Positions 37,277 to 46,856 of a stretch of DNA of 64,000 nt are shown one piece after another. Origin of the DNA: a virus. Taxonomy: Duplodnaviria > Caudoviricetes. Each line of letters starts with the position of its first letter. Within the stretch, counting starts at the first letter, position 1. The stretch covers positions 20,216-84,215 of the IMG/VR virus record IMGVR_UViG_2791355224_000001, one strand, 5' to 3'. Below the pieces are notes generated by a model, which was not told the origin of the DNA, searched no databases, and saw only the letters and a list, made by a program, of their open reading frames with translations. The position numbers and the translations under genes were made by a program.

Positions 37277-38087
37277 ACGATTAGCAGATCCGGAAACGGG
37301 CGAACTTATATACGCGACTGTCCTTGATTATGGCGACCGTGTCATTACAGAATCCCAACGTAAGGGAGCCGCTGAACACTTCGAACGAGAAACGTTCAAA
37401 GGGCGCAATGCCGGCTTTACTTTTACGTCTATGGACGACATCCACTACGTAACCGAGCGACTCACAACGGCACAATGCGGATACCTCCTCGTGCTACAAT
37501 GCTACGTTGATTATGACGGCGGCCGCATCGTTAAGGCTCGTGGCGAATCGATGAATACTGCGGACATGCTTAACGTTCTGCAGCTCAAACGAAAGCGCAG
37601 CACGTTTTACGACTTCATGAGCGTTTGCTTAGAATCCGGCATCATAACAGAAGACGGACACGGCAGCTATTACGTTAATCCGCGTTATCACTTCCGAGGA
37701 GCTACGCAAAACCGCGCAGTTATCCGTACATACACGGCAAAGGTGCGCCAAGCTTACCGCGAAGTTAAGGCGGTTGATCTCGGCCTCATGTACAGGATGC
37801 TACCGTACGTCCACGTAAGTAATAACGCGCTCTGCGATAACCCAACGGAGCGCGATCCGAAGAAAATACGTTGGTTTAACGGAAAGGGCCTAGCGGCTGC
37901 GATCGGAGTCGACGAGAAGACGTTAACGCGTAGACTTCCGTATATGAAGTTCGGAGGCGAGTACGTTATTGCACGGACGTCTGTCGGTCCGCAGCGCATG
38001 TTCCAGTTCAATCCTAGCGTGTTCTACCGCGGTAATAAGACGCCGGACGAGTCGTTGATTGCGAAATTTAACGGACTGGTCGCTTAA
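37263..38087 (+). CDS. RepL-like tandem winged-helix protein
   Basis: Two repeats ending YYVNPRYHFRG and FQFNPSVFYRG; HTH segments. Confidence 0.55.
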   Translation: MAQSRRLADPETGELIYATVLDYGDRVITESQRKGAAEHFERETFKGRNAGFTFTSMDDIHYVTERLTTAQCGYLLVLQCYVDYDGGRIVKARGESMNTADMLNVLQLKRKRSTFYDFMSVCLESGIITEDGHGSYYVNPRYHFRGATQNRAVIRTYTAKVRQAYREVKAVDLGLMYRMLPYVHVSNNALCDNPTERDPKKIRWFNGKGLAAAIGVDEKTLTRRLPYMKFGGEYVIARTSVGPQRMFQFNPSVFYRGNKTPDESLIAKFNGLVA

Positions 38088-38138
38088 AAAGTGACCTTAT
38101 TCGGACAAATCAGCGAAAAAAGTGACTTTATTCGGACA
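38086..38138. repeat. 22-bp direct repeats (iteron-like)
   Basis: AAAAAGTGACYTTATTCGGACA at 38086-38107 and 38117-38138. Confidence 0.85.
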
Positions 38139-38540
38139 CTCCGAAATGCCGTTGAGACCTTACGCGGTACAGGATTCCGGCATTTTCGGGGTGAAATTAT
38201 ATCTAGTCTTTGTTATACCGCAATTAATGCAACTCGTTCCATATACTGCGGAGTTAGCAACCGGAGAAGATCACTCCGACACTACGGACCAAGAGCAGGT
38301 CCTTGTGTACCACATAGAATACGCGCATAAATCAATTAATAGTTCGGAGCCGACAGGCGACGGCAAGGCCGAAAGGCCGAGCACAGTCTTTTGTCTGATA
38401 GATACATGAAGCATATTCAAAGTAGTATCTCATGTAGGTAAACCAAAGTAATAACGCGGATATAAAAGCGCAGTCTCCTACGTTATACGCGTGAGGGATT
38501 GCGCTTGTTTACGTTATATCAAACGAAAGGATGTACGTAA

Positions 38541-38702
38541 ATGGAAACGGCAAAGTGCGCTAATTGCGGAGAAGATACCGGACAGGTATCATCCGATAAT
38601 TGGGCGATATATTGCGCCAAGGACGAATGTAAGAAAGCGTTCATGGACGATGTTATTGCCTCCGCTATGAAACCGAAGAGAAAGCGGAAGGAGACTCGTT
38701 AA
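38541..38702 (+). CDS. 53-aa Zn-finger-like protein
   Basis: CANC...CAKDEC; AAAGGA SD. Confidence 0.6.
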   Translation: METAKCANCGEDTGQVSSDNWAIYCAKDECKKAFMDDVIASAMKPKRKRKETR

Positions 38703-38703
38703 T

Positions 38704-38877
38704 ATGACCGTTGATTTATCGCAAGTATCCACTGCGGATTTACACCGCGAATTAGCGCGTAGAGAAGGCGTAAAAGAGATCGTATACGGTCCGGAAGATA
38801 ACGTTTATATCTGCGGTAACGATGGCGTTATTATCGACGATTACGGGCCTGTTCGCGTATTGGTTAACGCTGATTAA
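38704..38877 (+). CDS. BC1881-like small phage protein
   Basis: LSQVSTADLHRELARREGV...GPVRVLVNAD. Confidence 0.65.
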   Translation: MTVDLSQVSTADLHRELARREGVKEIVYGPEDNVYICGNDGVIIDDYGPVRVLVNAD

Positions 38878-38943
38878 AGCGCTGTTTGTCCGCAATGCTT
38901 GAGCGGATGAACGGCGCTCCTTTTATTACAGAAAGGAGGCGGA

Positions 38944-39348
38944 ATGATGGCGAAGCAATTAACGTCAGAACAATATATAGCGATAGAGTGGCTCGCTAAG
39001 CCGCGTAAGGGCGGTAAGACATACGAGGAGATAGCGCAGATGTGCGGAGTTACAGCGCGTACGCTTGAGAACTGGCGCAAGGATGCGACATTCGATGCGG
39101 AGTTTAAGCGTGCTATTGTTCGTGATAATAGTGCTAAGCTTCCGGAACTTATTGATTCGTTATCTACGATTGCCATGCGTGATGGAAACGCAGCAATGGC
39201 GAAGCTTGCGCTGCAGGTCAGCGGAATGCTTACGGATAGGATCGAGGTTGATACGAAGGATAACGCAGGAACGGATGTCGAAGCGTTGAGGGCGCGATTA
39301 GAGGCGTTGAAGCTCCGTAAGGATGGCGAATCCGAAACAGCGGAGTAA
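38944..39348 (+). CDS. phBC6A51-type HTH protein, probable terminase small subunit
   Basis: TYEEIAQMCGVTARTLENWRKD; position upstream of TerL. Confidence 0.8.
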   Translation: MMAKQLTSEQYIAIEWLAKPRKGGKTYEEIAQMCGVTARTLENWRKDATFDAEFKRAIVRDNSAKLPELIDSLSTIAMRDGNAAMAKLALQVSGMLTDRIEVDTKDNAGTDVEALRARLEALKLRKDGESETAE

Positions 39349-39889
39349 TTAGCGCATTATATGAAGCGATTCGTGGGCGGGGACTTCGGATGCTTTCGGA
39401 TCGCTCCGTTTTATCAACGAGAGGGTTCCGGCGCACGGCCCTCCGAAAACTTTCGAAATAGGCGGAATTGGCCGCCGGAATCAACGGATTATATGCGGAA
39501 TAGTACAAACGGTGGGCGATCGGCGGGCATGTTCGCAGACTCATTCGCACGAAAAACGTTGATGTGGCGCGGTTTTAGTAGGCGGGGCAGGGGCGGAGAC
39601 TACTACGCAAAATGTAGATTTTGTGAATATGTAGGTCGCGTTAATGCGATGAAGTGAGGGCCCCCAAGGCCCCCTCCGAAATCGGCCGTTTCTGGTCCGT
39701 CTATAGTCCGCGTATCAAAATTAACTTTTGACTTTGCGAGGGGCTGCGCACAATGCGTAAGCCTCTTGCTTATTATTGCCGTGAAATTAGCGGAGTTATC
39801 ACGAGAGGGGAACGATTACCCTCGGCCGTAGGTAATTGCGCTAATTTTACGTCTAAAATCGCTGAAACGCAGGTGAAAGGGATGATTGC

Positions 39890-40153
39890 ATGGTGGAGTT
39901 TACGGTAATTATCGCGGAAACAGCCGAAAAGGCTGCGGAGATTAACGCGCTTCTGCCGCCGAAGACGGACAAGTTTTGTATTCAAGCGTACTATTACGGT
40001 TATGCGTTTTGCGGACTTAGCTACAGAGGTACGCGTCCGACAACGGTACTATCACTCATCCCTCTGCGTGATGACGACGAGTGGGTGTGCCAATGCCTTC
40101 ACCAGATCGGACGCCATGACGGAAGTACGCGCTGGATCATTCCGGAAGCTTAA
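39890..40153 (+). CDS. Hypothetical protein
   Basis: AAAGGGA SD; stop directly before the TerL SD. Confidence 0.55.
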   Translation: MVEFTVIIAETAEKAAEINALLPPKTDKFCIQAYYYGYAFCGLSYRGTRPTTVLSLIPLRDDDEWVCQCLHQIGRHDGSTRWIIPEA

Positions 40154-40171
40154 AGAAAGGAGGCGATATCT

Positions 40172-41950
40172 ATCGCTTGGGTTAACGGTAAATGGCTAAC
40201 GCGTACTGAACGCGAAGCCAAAATTAACGAAATTGCTGCGTTACTGGACGTACTAGATGGCGTAGATATCGCCGCACTTAGTCCGGAAGACGCGGCCGAG
40301 ATCGACGCACAGCTGGCGGAGTACGAACGCCTAACGCGAATCCACCGCTGCGAAACGAACCTGATCGAGTTTGCGCTTGAGTATTTTAGCGAGGCGCGCA
40401 ATCCCGGCAATGACGGAAACTGGGACGGGTTCGATATTACGAAGTACGACGAGGCGCCGGAGTTCCACCGTGAAATCTGCGCTCTAATGGATGACGTAAG
40501 TAACGTCCATACCAACGACAAGGTAGCGGAGGCGGCGCCCCGTTCTCACGCTAAATCAACGTATTTATCAAAGGCGTTCCCGACACGCGAGATCGTGTAC
40601 CGCAAGCGCAAATACGAGATCATCATATCAGAGACACCAGCGGTAAGCTCAGCGAATCTCGATTGGATTGCGATGCAGCTTAAGAGTAACGCGAAGCTCC
40701 GGGCGGATTTCGGTCCGCTGTTGAGTCCGAAGCAGCAAGAGAATCCGAAGGATAACTCGTCCGAGTTTATTGCGTGGGAACCGCGCGATGATGGTACGAA
40801 AAAGATGCTGACGAAGGTTGAGGCGGCATCAACGGGTCAGGCGCTGCGAGGCCGGAACTGGAACGGCGTGCGGCCGGATCTTATTATCTGCGATGATCTT
40901 GAGGACATCAAGTCGAACGCCGCCACGCCAGAACTCCGCAAGAAATTGAAGGATTGGTTCTCGCAGACCGTCGTACCGCTCGGCGATCCGCGAGGAAAGA
41001 AGACGGCCTTTGTTTACATGGGAACAACGGTCCACCACGAAGCGCTGCTCGTTGACGTTCTATATAACCGGTCGGACTTCAAGAGTCGCGTGTATCGAGC
41101 TGTTATCGAATGGCCTGAGCGGATGGATCTTTGGGAAGCGTGCCGGCTCGTATATAAAGACCCCGACCGACCAAAAGAAGACCGCGTCAAGGATGCGCTC
41201 GCCCTCTACGAGTTGAATCGCGAAGAGATGGATCGCGGAGTGGTCGTATTGTGGCCGGAAGCGCAGCCGATATGGAAGTTGATGACGTGGAAGTGGGATA
41301 ACGGGTCGAAGGCGTTTAATACCGAGTACATGAACAACCCCGTTGATGAAGAGTCGATGATATTTAACCCGGAGAAATTCGTGTACTGGGATTCGGGGAT
41401 ATTTCGCGACTTGTTAACGCAGTATCCTCGCCCGACCGATGAGTTTGACGTTTATATGGGCGTAGACTTCGCGATGGGGAAGACACGGGGAGACTATTCC
41501 GCAATTGTAACGATCGCCCGCCATAAAGAAACCGGAACAAAATACGTTATTGATGCGTTCGGCGAACGGATAAAGCCGGACGCCTTTTTGCGTGTGATCG
41601 TCGAAAAGGCGCTCCGCTTTCAACCGAACGCGATAGCGGCCGAAGCGCAGGCAGCGCAGGAGTTCTTCGTTATGCAACTTAAGGACGCATTAAGAGCGAA
41701 AGGCTATCCCGGCCACACGCGAGTTAAAGAGATACACCAAAGATCGCGTAAGGACCTGCGGATCGAGGCGCTCATGCCAGATATAGAGAGCGGAGCAATT
41801 CAGTTTTCGCGGAAACATTCGCTGTTGCTTGAGCAGTTCGAGATGTACCCGGCTGGCTCTCATGACGATTTGCCGGACGCATTAGAGATGGCAGTAAGTA
41901 TCGCAAAGATTGGGCGGAAGAGAATAAGAGAGAAGCCTAATTGGTTGTGA
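40172..41950 (+). CDS. Terminase large subunit (probable ATC start)
   Basis: APRSHAKST Walker A, RPDLIICDDLE Walker B, GVDFA and HDDLPDA nuclease motifs; frame open from 40154. Confidence 0.92.
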   Translation: MAWVNGKWLTRTEREAKINEIAALLDVLDGVDIAALSPEDAAEIDAQLAEYERLTRIHRCETNLIEFALEYFSEARNPGNDGNWDGFDITKYDEAPEFHREICALMDDVSNVHTNDKVAEAAPRSHAKSTYLSKAFPTREIVYRKRKYEIIISETPAVSSANLDWIAMQLKSNAKLRADFGPLLSPKQQENPKDNSSEFIAWEPRDDGTKKMLTKVEAASTGQALRGRNWNGVRPDLIICDDLEDIKSNAATPELRKKLKDWFSQTVVPLGDPRGKKTAFVYMGTTVHHEALLVDVLYNRSDFKSRVYRAVIEWPERMDLWEACRLVYKDPDRPKEDRVKDALALYELNREEMDRGVVVLWPEAQPIWKLMTWKWDNGSKAFNTEYMNNPVDEESMIFNPEKFVYWDSGIFRDLLTQYPRPTDEFDVYMGVDFAMGKTRGDYSAIVTIARHKETGTKYVIDAFGERIKPDAFLRVIVEKALRFQPNAIAAEAQAAQEFFVMQLKDALRAKGYPGHTRVKEIHQRSRKDLRIEALMPDIESGAIQFSRKHSLLLEQFEMYPAGSHDDLPDALEMAVSIAKIGRKRIREKPNWL

Positions 41951-41951
41951 C

Positions 41952-42437
41952 CTAGTTGACATAAAAATTATGTACAAATGTATTATTTAAGCTATCTACA
42001 AATACAATCTCTAGAACTTGTCCTTTTTTGATCTTGTTAAAATTTTTGATCCAAATTAGCTCTAAGGTGGTAACGACTAGTTCCGTCGATGATGCAGGCT
42101 CAAGACGAAGGGGGAAGTTATTCTTCATTGCTAACTCGTCGACCGCAGGTTTATCTGGCCCCCAAATTCGTATTATTTTTAAATAACATGACTCAATTGT
42201 TGTAGGAACAAGGCCGACATTAACTAGTTTAATCGTGAGATACTCTTGTCCATCTGCAATGCCTTTCCAACTTTTAATATTTAATCTTGGCTTAGAGTTA
42301 AAACGAGCTTCTCTGGCTAAGCGGAGAGAAACTACTACTGCCCAAACAGTTCCGATTGATCCAACCCACTGACCCATAGCCGACCACTGTTCCGGAGTTA
42401 ATGAATAGAAAAAATTAAACATGTTGAATTCTCCCAT
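41952..42437 (-). CDS. Membrane-anchored moron protein with Ig-like C-terminus
   Basis: WVGSIGTVWAVVVSL TM; IKLVNVG motif; AT-rich and antisense between TerL and portal. Confidence 0.7.
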   Translation of the reverse strand: MGEFNMFNFFYSLTPEQWSAMGQWVGSIGTVWAVVVSLRLAREARFNSKPRLNIKSWKGIADGQEYLTIKLVNVGLVPTTIESCYLKIIRIWGPDKPAVDELAMKNNFPLRLEPASSTELVVTTLELIWIKNFNKIKKGQVLEIVFVDSLNNTFVHNFYVN

Positions 42438-42485
42438 TTCAGATATTATGTCCTATTTTAGTATAAGAGAAAGGAGTTGTGTACT

Positions 42486-44051
42486 ATGGGGAAGTTATTT
42501 GCGCCAGGCCAGCAGTATCCCCCGCCGAAGGACATACCGCGCCTGGCCCGTTATAAGCGCGGCAAAACGATATTTGACGGACGGCACCCGGAAATCTACG
42601 AGCGGGCTTCTTCGTTACTCAAGGATACACCACACGCTGCGCAGCTTAAGACGCTCTTTATCGCGGTTAACTTGATGGATATTCTGCTTACGAAGCCTGC
42701 GGATTTGCTGACAGGAGAGCCCCCGACGTTTGAAGCGGGAACAGGAACGGGCACACGCGAACAGGTACGTCTTGACTCGATTGTTGAGGAAAATGACATC
42801 ACGCAGATGATGCATGAACTGACGATCGGAGGCGGCTACCGCGGAGACTCGTTCGTCAAAACGTATTACGGTGCGCGGGCGGACGTAAGTGAGACGGCCG
42901 AACTCGGACTTGAAGCGCCAGACACGGAACTTGAACCGATTATCGAAGCGGTACGAGCTGATATCGTGTTTCCGGAGTTGTCACGCGGATCGCGAAAGAA
43001 GTTCAAAGCGATCAACATCGCATGGATCGATTGGGTCGAAGAGCCCGGCGGGAAGGTAATCCGTTGGCTAACGGGCAGTCCCGTATCCGTTGTTCCGTAC
43101 CTTAATGTAGAACGGCACATCCCTGGCTATATCGTGTATGAGCGGTACAAGCTGTCGGAACGTGGGGTTGATACAAAATGGAGCGTGCCAATTGATACGT
43201 ACACAATCGGGGAGCAGGTCGCTACCGGACGTGAGGAGGACATTGTACGGACAGGAACGGACCGTCTCCTAATTCATCACATTCCATACAAGAGCGTAGA
43301 TGACCGTTGGGAAGGGATCAATGGCGTCGAGAAGCTTGAGAGCGTGCTGAGCGCGATAAACGAACGATTAGCGCAGATCGATTATATTCTTTGGAAACAC
43401 AGTGACCCGTGGATGTACGGTCCGGACGACCTTGATGACGGTGGCGAGGACGGAAAAGTACGCGGTGGTGGCCGATATATCCCGGTCGGTAAAGAAGACA
43501 CAACGCCGGGGTATCTAACGTGGGACTCGCAGTTGGAAGGTGCGTTCAAGGAACTTGATATCCTACTCGGACTCGTCTACCAGATGAGTGAGACGCCGCA
43601 ATGGTTGTTCGGCACAACGCTCGCTAACGACAAAGGCGGCACCGGCACGTCTCACACGGATTCTGGCGCAATCAAAGCACGGTTTATGCCGATCCTGGCG
43701 AAGGTTAATCGGATACGAGCGCACGTAGACAAGGCGTTCCGTGACGCAATATGGACAGCGATGCAGCTCGAAAACTATGCGAACAAGGACGTAGAAGGCT
43801 TCGAGCGGTATGAACCGGTATATCCCGTGATTAACTGGCGCGATGGCATACCACAAGATCCAAAAGAGGCCGCAGAAGTGGCGAACATCCGTACCGGCGG
43901 CAAGCCGACCCAATCCGTAGCGGATGCGATCAAGGAACTCGACGGGGTTAGCGACGCTCAGGCGCAGGAAATGGTTAAGCGCATCGACGACGATGAGCAA
44001 CGCGTTAGTGGCACTGTAGACGGCTCGATATTTAACGGGGAGGCCGCGTAA
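42486..44051 (+). CDS. Portal protein (SPP1 gp6-like)
   Basis: Size and position after TerL; GYLTWD, SETPQWLFG, SGAIK. Confidence 0.88.
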   Translation: MGKLFAPGQQYPPPKDIPRLARYKRGKTIFDGRHPEIYERASSLLKDTPHAAQLKTLFIAVNLMDILLTKPADLLTGEPPTFEAGTGTGTREQVRLDSIVEENDITQMMHELTIGGGYRGDSFVKTYYGARADVSETAELGLEAPDTELEPIIEAVRADIVFPELSRGSRKKFKAINIAWIDWVEEPGGKVIRWLTGSPVSVVPYLNVERHIPGYIVYERYKLSERGVDTKWSVPIDTYTIGEQVATGREEDIVRTGTDRLLIHHIPYKSVDDRWEGINGVEKLESVLSAINERLAQIDYILWKHSDPWMYGPDDLDDGGEDGKVRGGGRYIPVGKEDTTPGYLTWDSQLEGAFKELDILLGLVYQMSETPQWLFGTTLANDKGGTGTSHTDSGAIKARFMPILAKVNRIRAHVDKAFRDAIWTAMQLENYANKDVEGFERYEPVYPVINWRDGIPQDPKEAAEVANIRTGGKPTQSVADAIKELDGVSDAQAQEMVKRIDDDEQRVSGTVDGSIFNGEAA

Positions 44052-44887
44052 TGGTCGCCGAGGGTCTGGTCCCAGTATACGACCGCGATATTGACGTCCT
44101 GGTCCGAGCGTACAAGGAAGCCGTACGATCCATAGGCGCTGAGTTGTCGCGCTTAGATTTATCGGACATGTCTCGCGCTAACGCTAAGGCGGCACTCGCC
44201 GAGGTTGCGAAGATACTCGCGGACCTGAACGAAGAGTCAGTAGCTTGGGTCAACGCACACATTCCGAAGGCGGCTACGGACGGTGTGGCGCAAGCAATTG
44301 TTAGTCTAGGCGCGGCCAAAACGCTCGATGAGGCGGAGAAGATCGTAAGGTTTAACCGGATTAACCGCGAGTTTGTTGCGACAGCCGTTGCGGACACGCA
44401 GGCGGATCTCTTGGCCGTTACTCAAAACATTGACCGCAAGGTGCGGGTAGCCATTCGCCAGGCCACCGCTGAGTCGATGCGGGCGAATCTCGCTAAGGGC
44501 GTGAATGGACGTCGAACGATAAGCCGAGATATTCTCGACCGAATGCGGCAGACGCTCGGTAACGCAGTAAATACCGGGGTCATAGACGCAGCCGGCCGTC
44601 GCTGGAAGCCAGAAACATACGTCGAGATGGTCACGCGGACGAAACTAGCACAGACTCATCGCGAGGCTACGATGAACGAAGCGCTTGGTCGCGGCGCATT
44701 GTACGGACGCATATCGAGACACGGCGCAACGGATGCGTGCAAGAACTACGAGGGATTGATCGTTAAGCTAACGCCGGATGCGCCGGGGAGTTACCGTTAT
44801 ATCGGCGACCTACCTCGACGCGAGATATTCCATCCGCGCTGCCGACACGTGATTACGCCAGTACGCGACCCGTCGAACGCCCTTTGA
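44051..44887 (+). CDS. Minor head (morphogenesis) protein
   Basis: DAAGRRW...YVEMVTRT; C-terminal FHPRCRH. Confidence 0.85.
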   Translation: MVAEGLVPVYDRDIDVLVRAYKEAVRSIGAELSRLDLSDMSRANAKAALAEVAKILADLNEESVAWVNAHIPKAATDGVAQAIVSLGAAKTLDEAEKIVRFNRINREFVATAVADTQADLLAVTQNIDRKVRVAIRQATAESMRANLAKGVNGRRTISRDILDRMRQTLGNAVNTGVIDAAGRRWKPETYVEMVTRTKLAQTHREATMNEALGRGALYGRISRHGATDACKNYEGLIVKLTPDAPGSYRYIGDLPRREIFHPRCRHVITPVRDPSNAL

Positions 44888-44900
44888 GGCGTTTTTATTT

Positions 44901-44964
44901 TGTCCAGACGTGGAATGACGTTAAACTCTACGGATATTTGTGCTGACGAGCCTTATACGGGAGG
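44901..44964 (+). promoter_or_regulatory. Pseudoknot-like leader before the scaffold gene
   Basis: TGTC/GACG and CGTGGA/TCTACG interleaved helices, then GCT-GACG-AGC near the SD. Confidence 0.45.
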
Positions 44965-44971
44965 AAACGAA

Positions 44972-45673
44972 ATGACTAACGATACTATGCGCTTTAGATA
45001 TCCGCTTAATCTTCAACTATTCGCGGAACCTGACCCGACGCCAGATCCGGAACTACAACCGGAGCCTACGCCCGAACCGGAAAAGACATTCACACAGGCT
45101 GAACTCGATGACATTGTTGCGAAGAGACTCGCAAGGGACCGAAAAGGCCGTGAAGACTACGAGGACATTAAAGCGAAGCTTACTGCGTTAGAGCTAGCGG
45201 AGGCAGAACGAGAGAAGGCGAAACTATCCGAGACGGAGCGCCTGGAAGCGGAGAAAGCCGAAGCACTTAAGATCGCAGAGGATGCGAAAGCCGAGCGTGA
45301 TAAAGCACTGACTGCCGCTAACCAACGCCTGATTAAAGCGGAGTTCCGGGCGATTGCTCGCGAGCTGAACATACGTGCTGATGCGCTAGACGATGCTTAC
45401 GTACTTGCCGACCTATCCGCGGTAAAGGTCGATGATGACGGAAATATTGCCGGCGTGAAGGACGTAGTTGAGGCGTTGTTAACAAATAAACCGTTCTTGG
45501 CGGAGCAGCCTAAATCGCAACCGAAACCGATCGGCGGTGCGAGCGGCGGTACTGATCCGGTGGACAAGACGAAAGAGCAGTTACTCAAGGATGCTGCGGA
45601 TAAGGCGCGGAAGACTGGCCGTATTGAAGACCAAGCTGCATACGCGAAATTGAAACGAGAACTTGGATTATAA
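44972..45673 (+). CDS. Capsid scaffolding protein
   Basis: LNLQLFAE N-terminal motif, KTFTQAELD, coiled coil. Confidence 0.9.
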   Translation: MTNDTMRFRYPLNLQLFAEPDPTPDPELQPEPTPEPEKTFTQAELDDIVAKRLARDRKGREDYEDIKAKLTALELAEAEREKAKLSETERLEAEKAEALKIAEDAKAERDKALTAANQRLIKAEFRAIARELNIRADALDDAYVLADLSAVKVDDDGNIAGVKDVVEALLTNKPFLAEQPKSQPKPIGGASGGTDPVDKTKEQLLKDAADKARKTGRIEDQAAYAKLKRELGL

Positions 45674-45739
45674 GTGGAGGCGCACCGAAAATCGGGCGTC
45701 TTTTTGTTTTGCCAAAAAACATATTACGGAGGAATCTAA

Positions 45740-46837
45740 ATGTCTAAAATTTTGTCTGGTGAACTGATTGGTAAACGCGAGTCCGTCTTGGACCAACTTT
45801 TGCTCTTGAACTCATACCAAACGCCGCTAATTGCAATGCTCGGTTTTAGCAATCCGGTAACACAAGTCGAGCACATTTGGTTCGAGGACTCTATGTTCGC
45901 GAACGAAAGCAAAGTAACTACAGCCGCGGCGGTTGACGCAGTTGAATTGATCGTTGCTGATACTGAACCATTCCGCGCTAACCAAGTTGTTAAGATCGGC
46001 GAGGAGCTGATCCTGGTAACTGGTGTAGATGTGGCCGGCAAGAAACTCGCAATCATGCGGGGGTATGCCGGAACTAAAGCGGCAGCCATTACCGCCAACG
46101 CGGTTATTACCGTTCAATTCGTCGAAGGTTCTGAGGGGGCTGACGCTAGGGCTGGGCGTTCCAAGCCTCGTGTAAGAAAGTCCAATATTACGCAAATCTT
46201 CGATGAGACCGTTGAAATCTCTGGAACAGCAGCGGCAGTTGCAAACTACGGTATCGACGACCTATACGAATATGAAAAAGCTAAGAAGCTGCTGGAACTG
46301 GCGCTCCAAGCGGAAAAGGCATTTATCGGCGGTGTTCGTTACGAAAACGGCGTTGTTCGTCAGATGAACGGCATCCGCAACATGCTACAGACTAACGTTA
46401 CCGATCTGAAGGGCGAAGCTCTTACAATGGATGTCCTCAACGACTCCCTGCAGGCAATCCATACGAAAGGCGGATTCAAGAGCGGCGGTAACTACGAGAT
46501 TGTAGTTCCTGCAACTCAAAAGCGTGTAGTCGGGAAATTCAGCGATAATCTTCTCCGCATTAATAACGGCGATGAGACACGCGGTACTGTCGTTAATCGC
46601 TTGATCACTGATTTCGGGGAATTTGATGTTTCAATCAATGATAACCTGAACGCAGACGAGACGCTGATCCTGGATAAGAATCGTATTTCTCTAAAAGCGT
46701 TGAACGGCCGTGATTTCGGTCATGAATACCTCGGTAAAAAAGGCGATTATTATCAGGGCCAAATTGTCGGCGAGTACACGCTTGAATTGCTGCAGGAAGC
46801 CGCCCATGCCCGCATCAAAGGCGCTAAAACGAAGTAA
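45740..46837 (+). CDS. Major capsid protein (SU10/DUF5309-like)
   Basis: TPLIAMLG, HIWFED, NITQIF, ITDFG, GEYTLE. Confidence 0.88.
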   Translation: MSKILSGELIGKRESVLDQLLLLNSYQTPLIAMLGFSNPVTQVEHIWFEDSMFANESKVTTAAAVDAVELIVADTEPFRANQVVKIGEELILVTGVDVAGKKLAIMRGYAGTKAAAITANAVITVQFVEGSEGADARAGRSKPRVRKSNITQIFDETVEISGTAAAVANYGIDDLYEYEKAKKLLELALQAEKAFIGGVRYENGVVRQMNGIRNMLQTNVTDLKGEALTMDVLNDSLQAIHTKGGFKSGGNYEIVVPATQKRVVGKFSDNLLRINNGDETRGTVVNRLITDFGEFDVSINDNLNADETLILDKNRISLKALNGRDFGHEYLGKKGDYYQGQIVGEYTLELLQEAAHARIKGAKTK

Positions 46838-46856
46838 TCGAGAGGAGGACGAGTAA

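Noticed and set aside
38091-38409. ORFs 38091-38330 and 38122-38409
   Set aside because: They begin inside the direct repeats, have no SD and no protein-like features.
39361-39657. 98-aa ORF between TerS and TerL
   Set aside because: No SD; overlaps palindromic, probably non-coding DNA.
5621-41950. Inteins or introns in helicase, polymerase or terminase
   Set aside because: No C...HN/C-S-T junctions or LAGLIDADG blocks seen; reading frames are continuous.
44943-44975. Hammerhead-like CUGACGA...CGAAA
   Set aside because: Stems I and III cannot be formed convincingly; it overlaps the SD and start codon.
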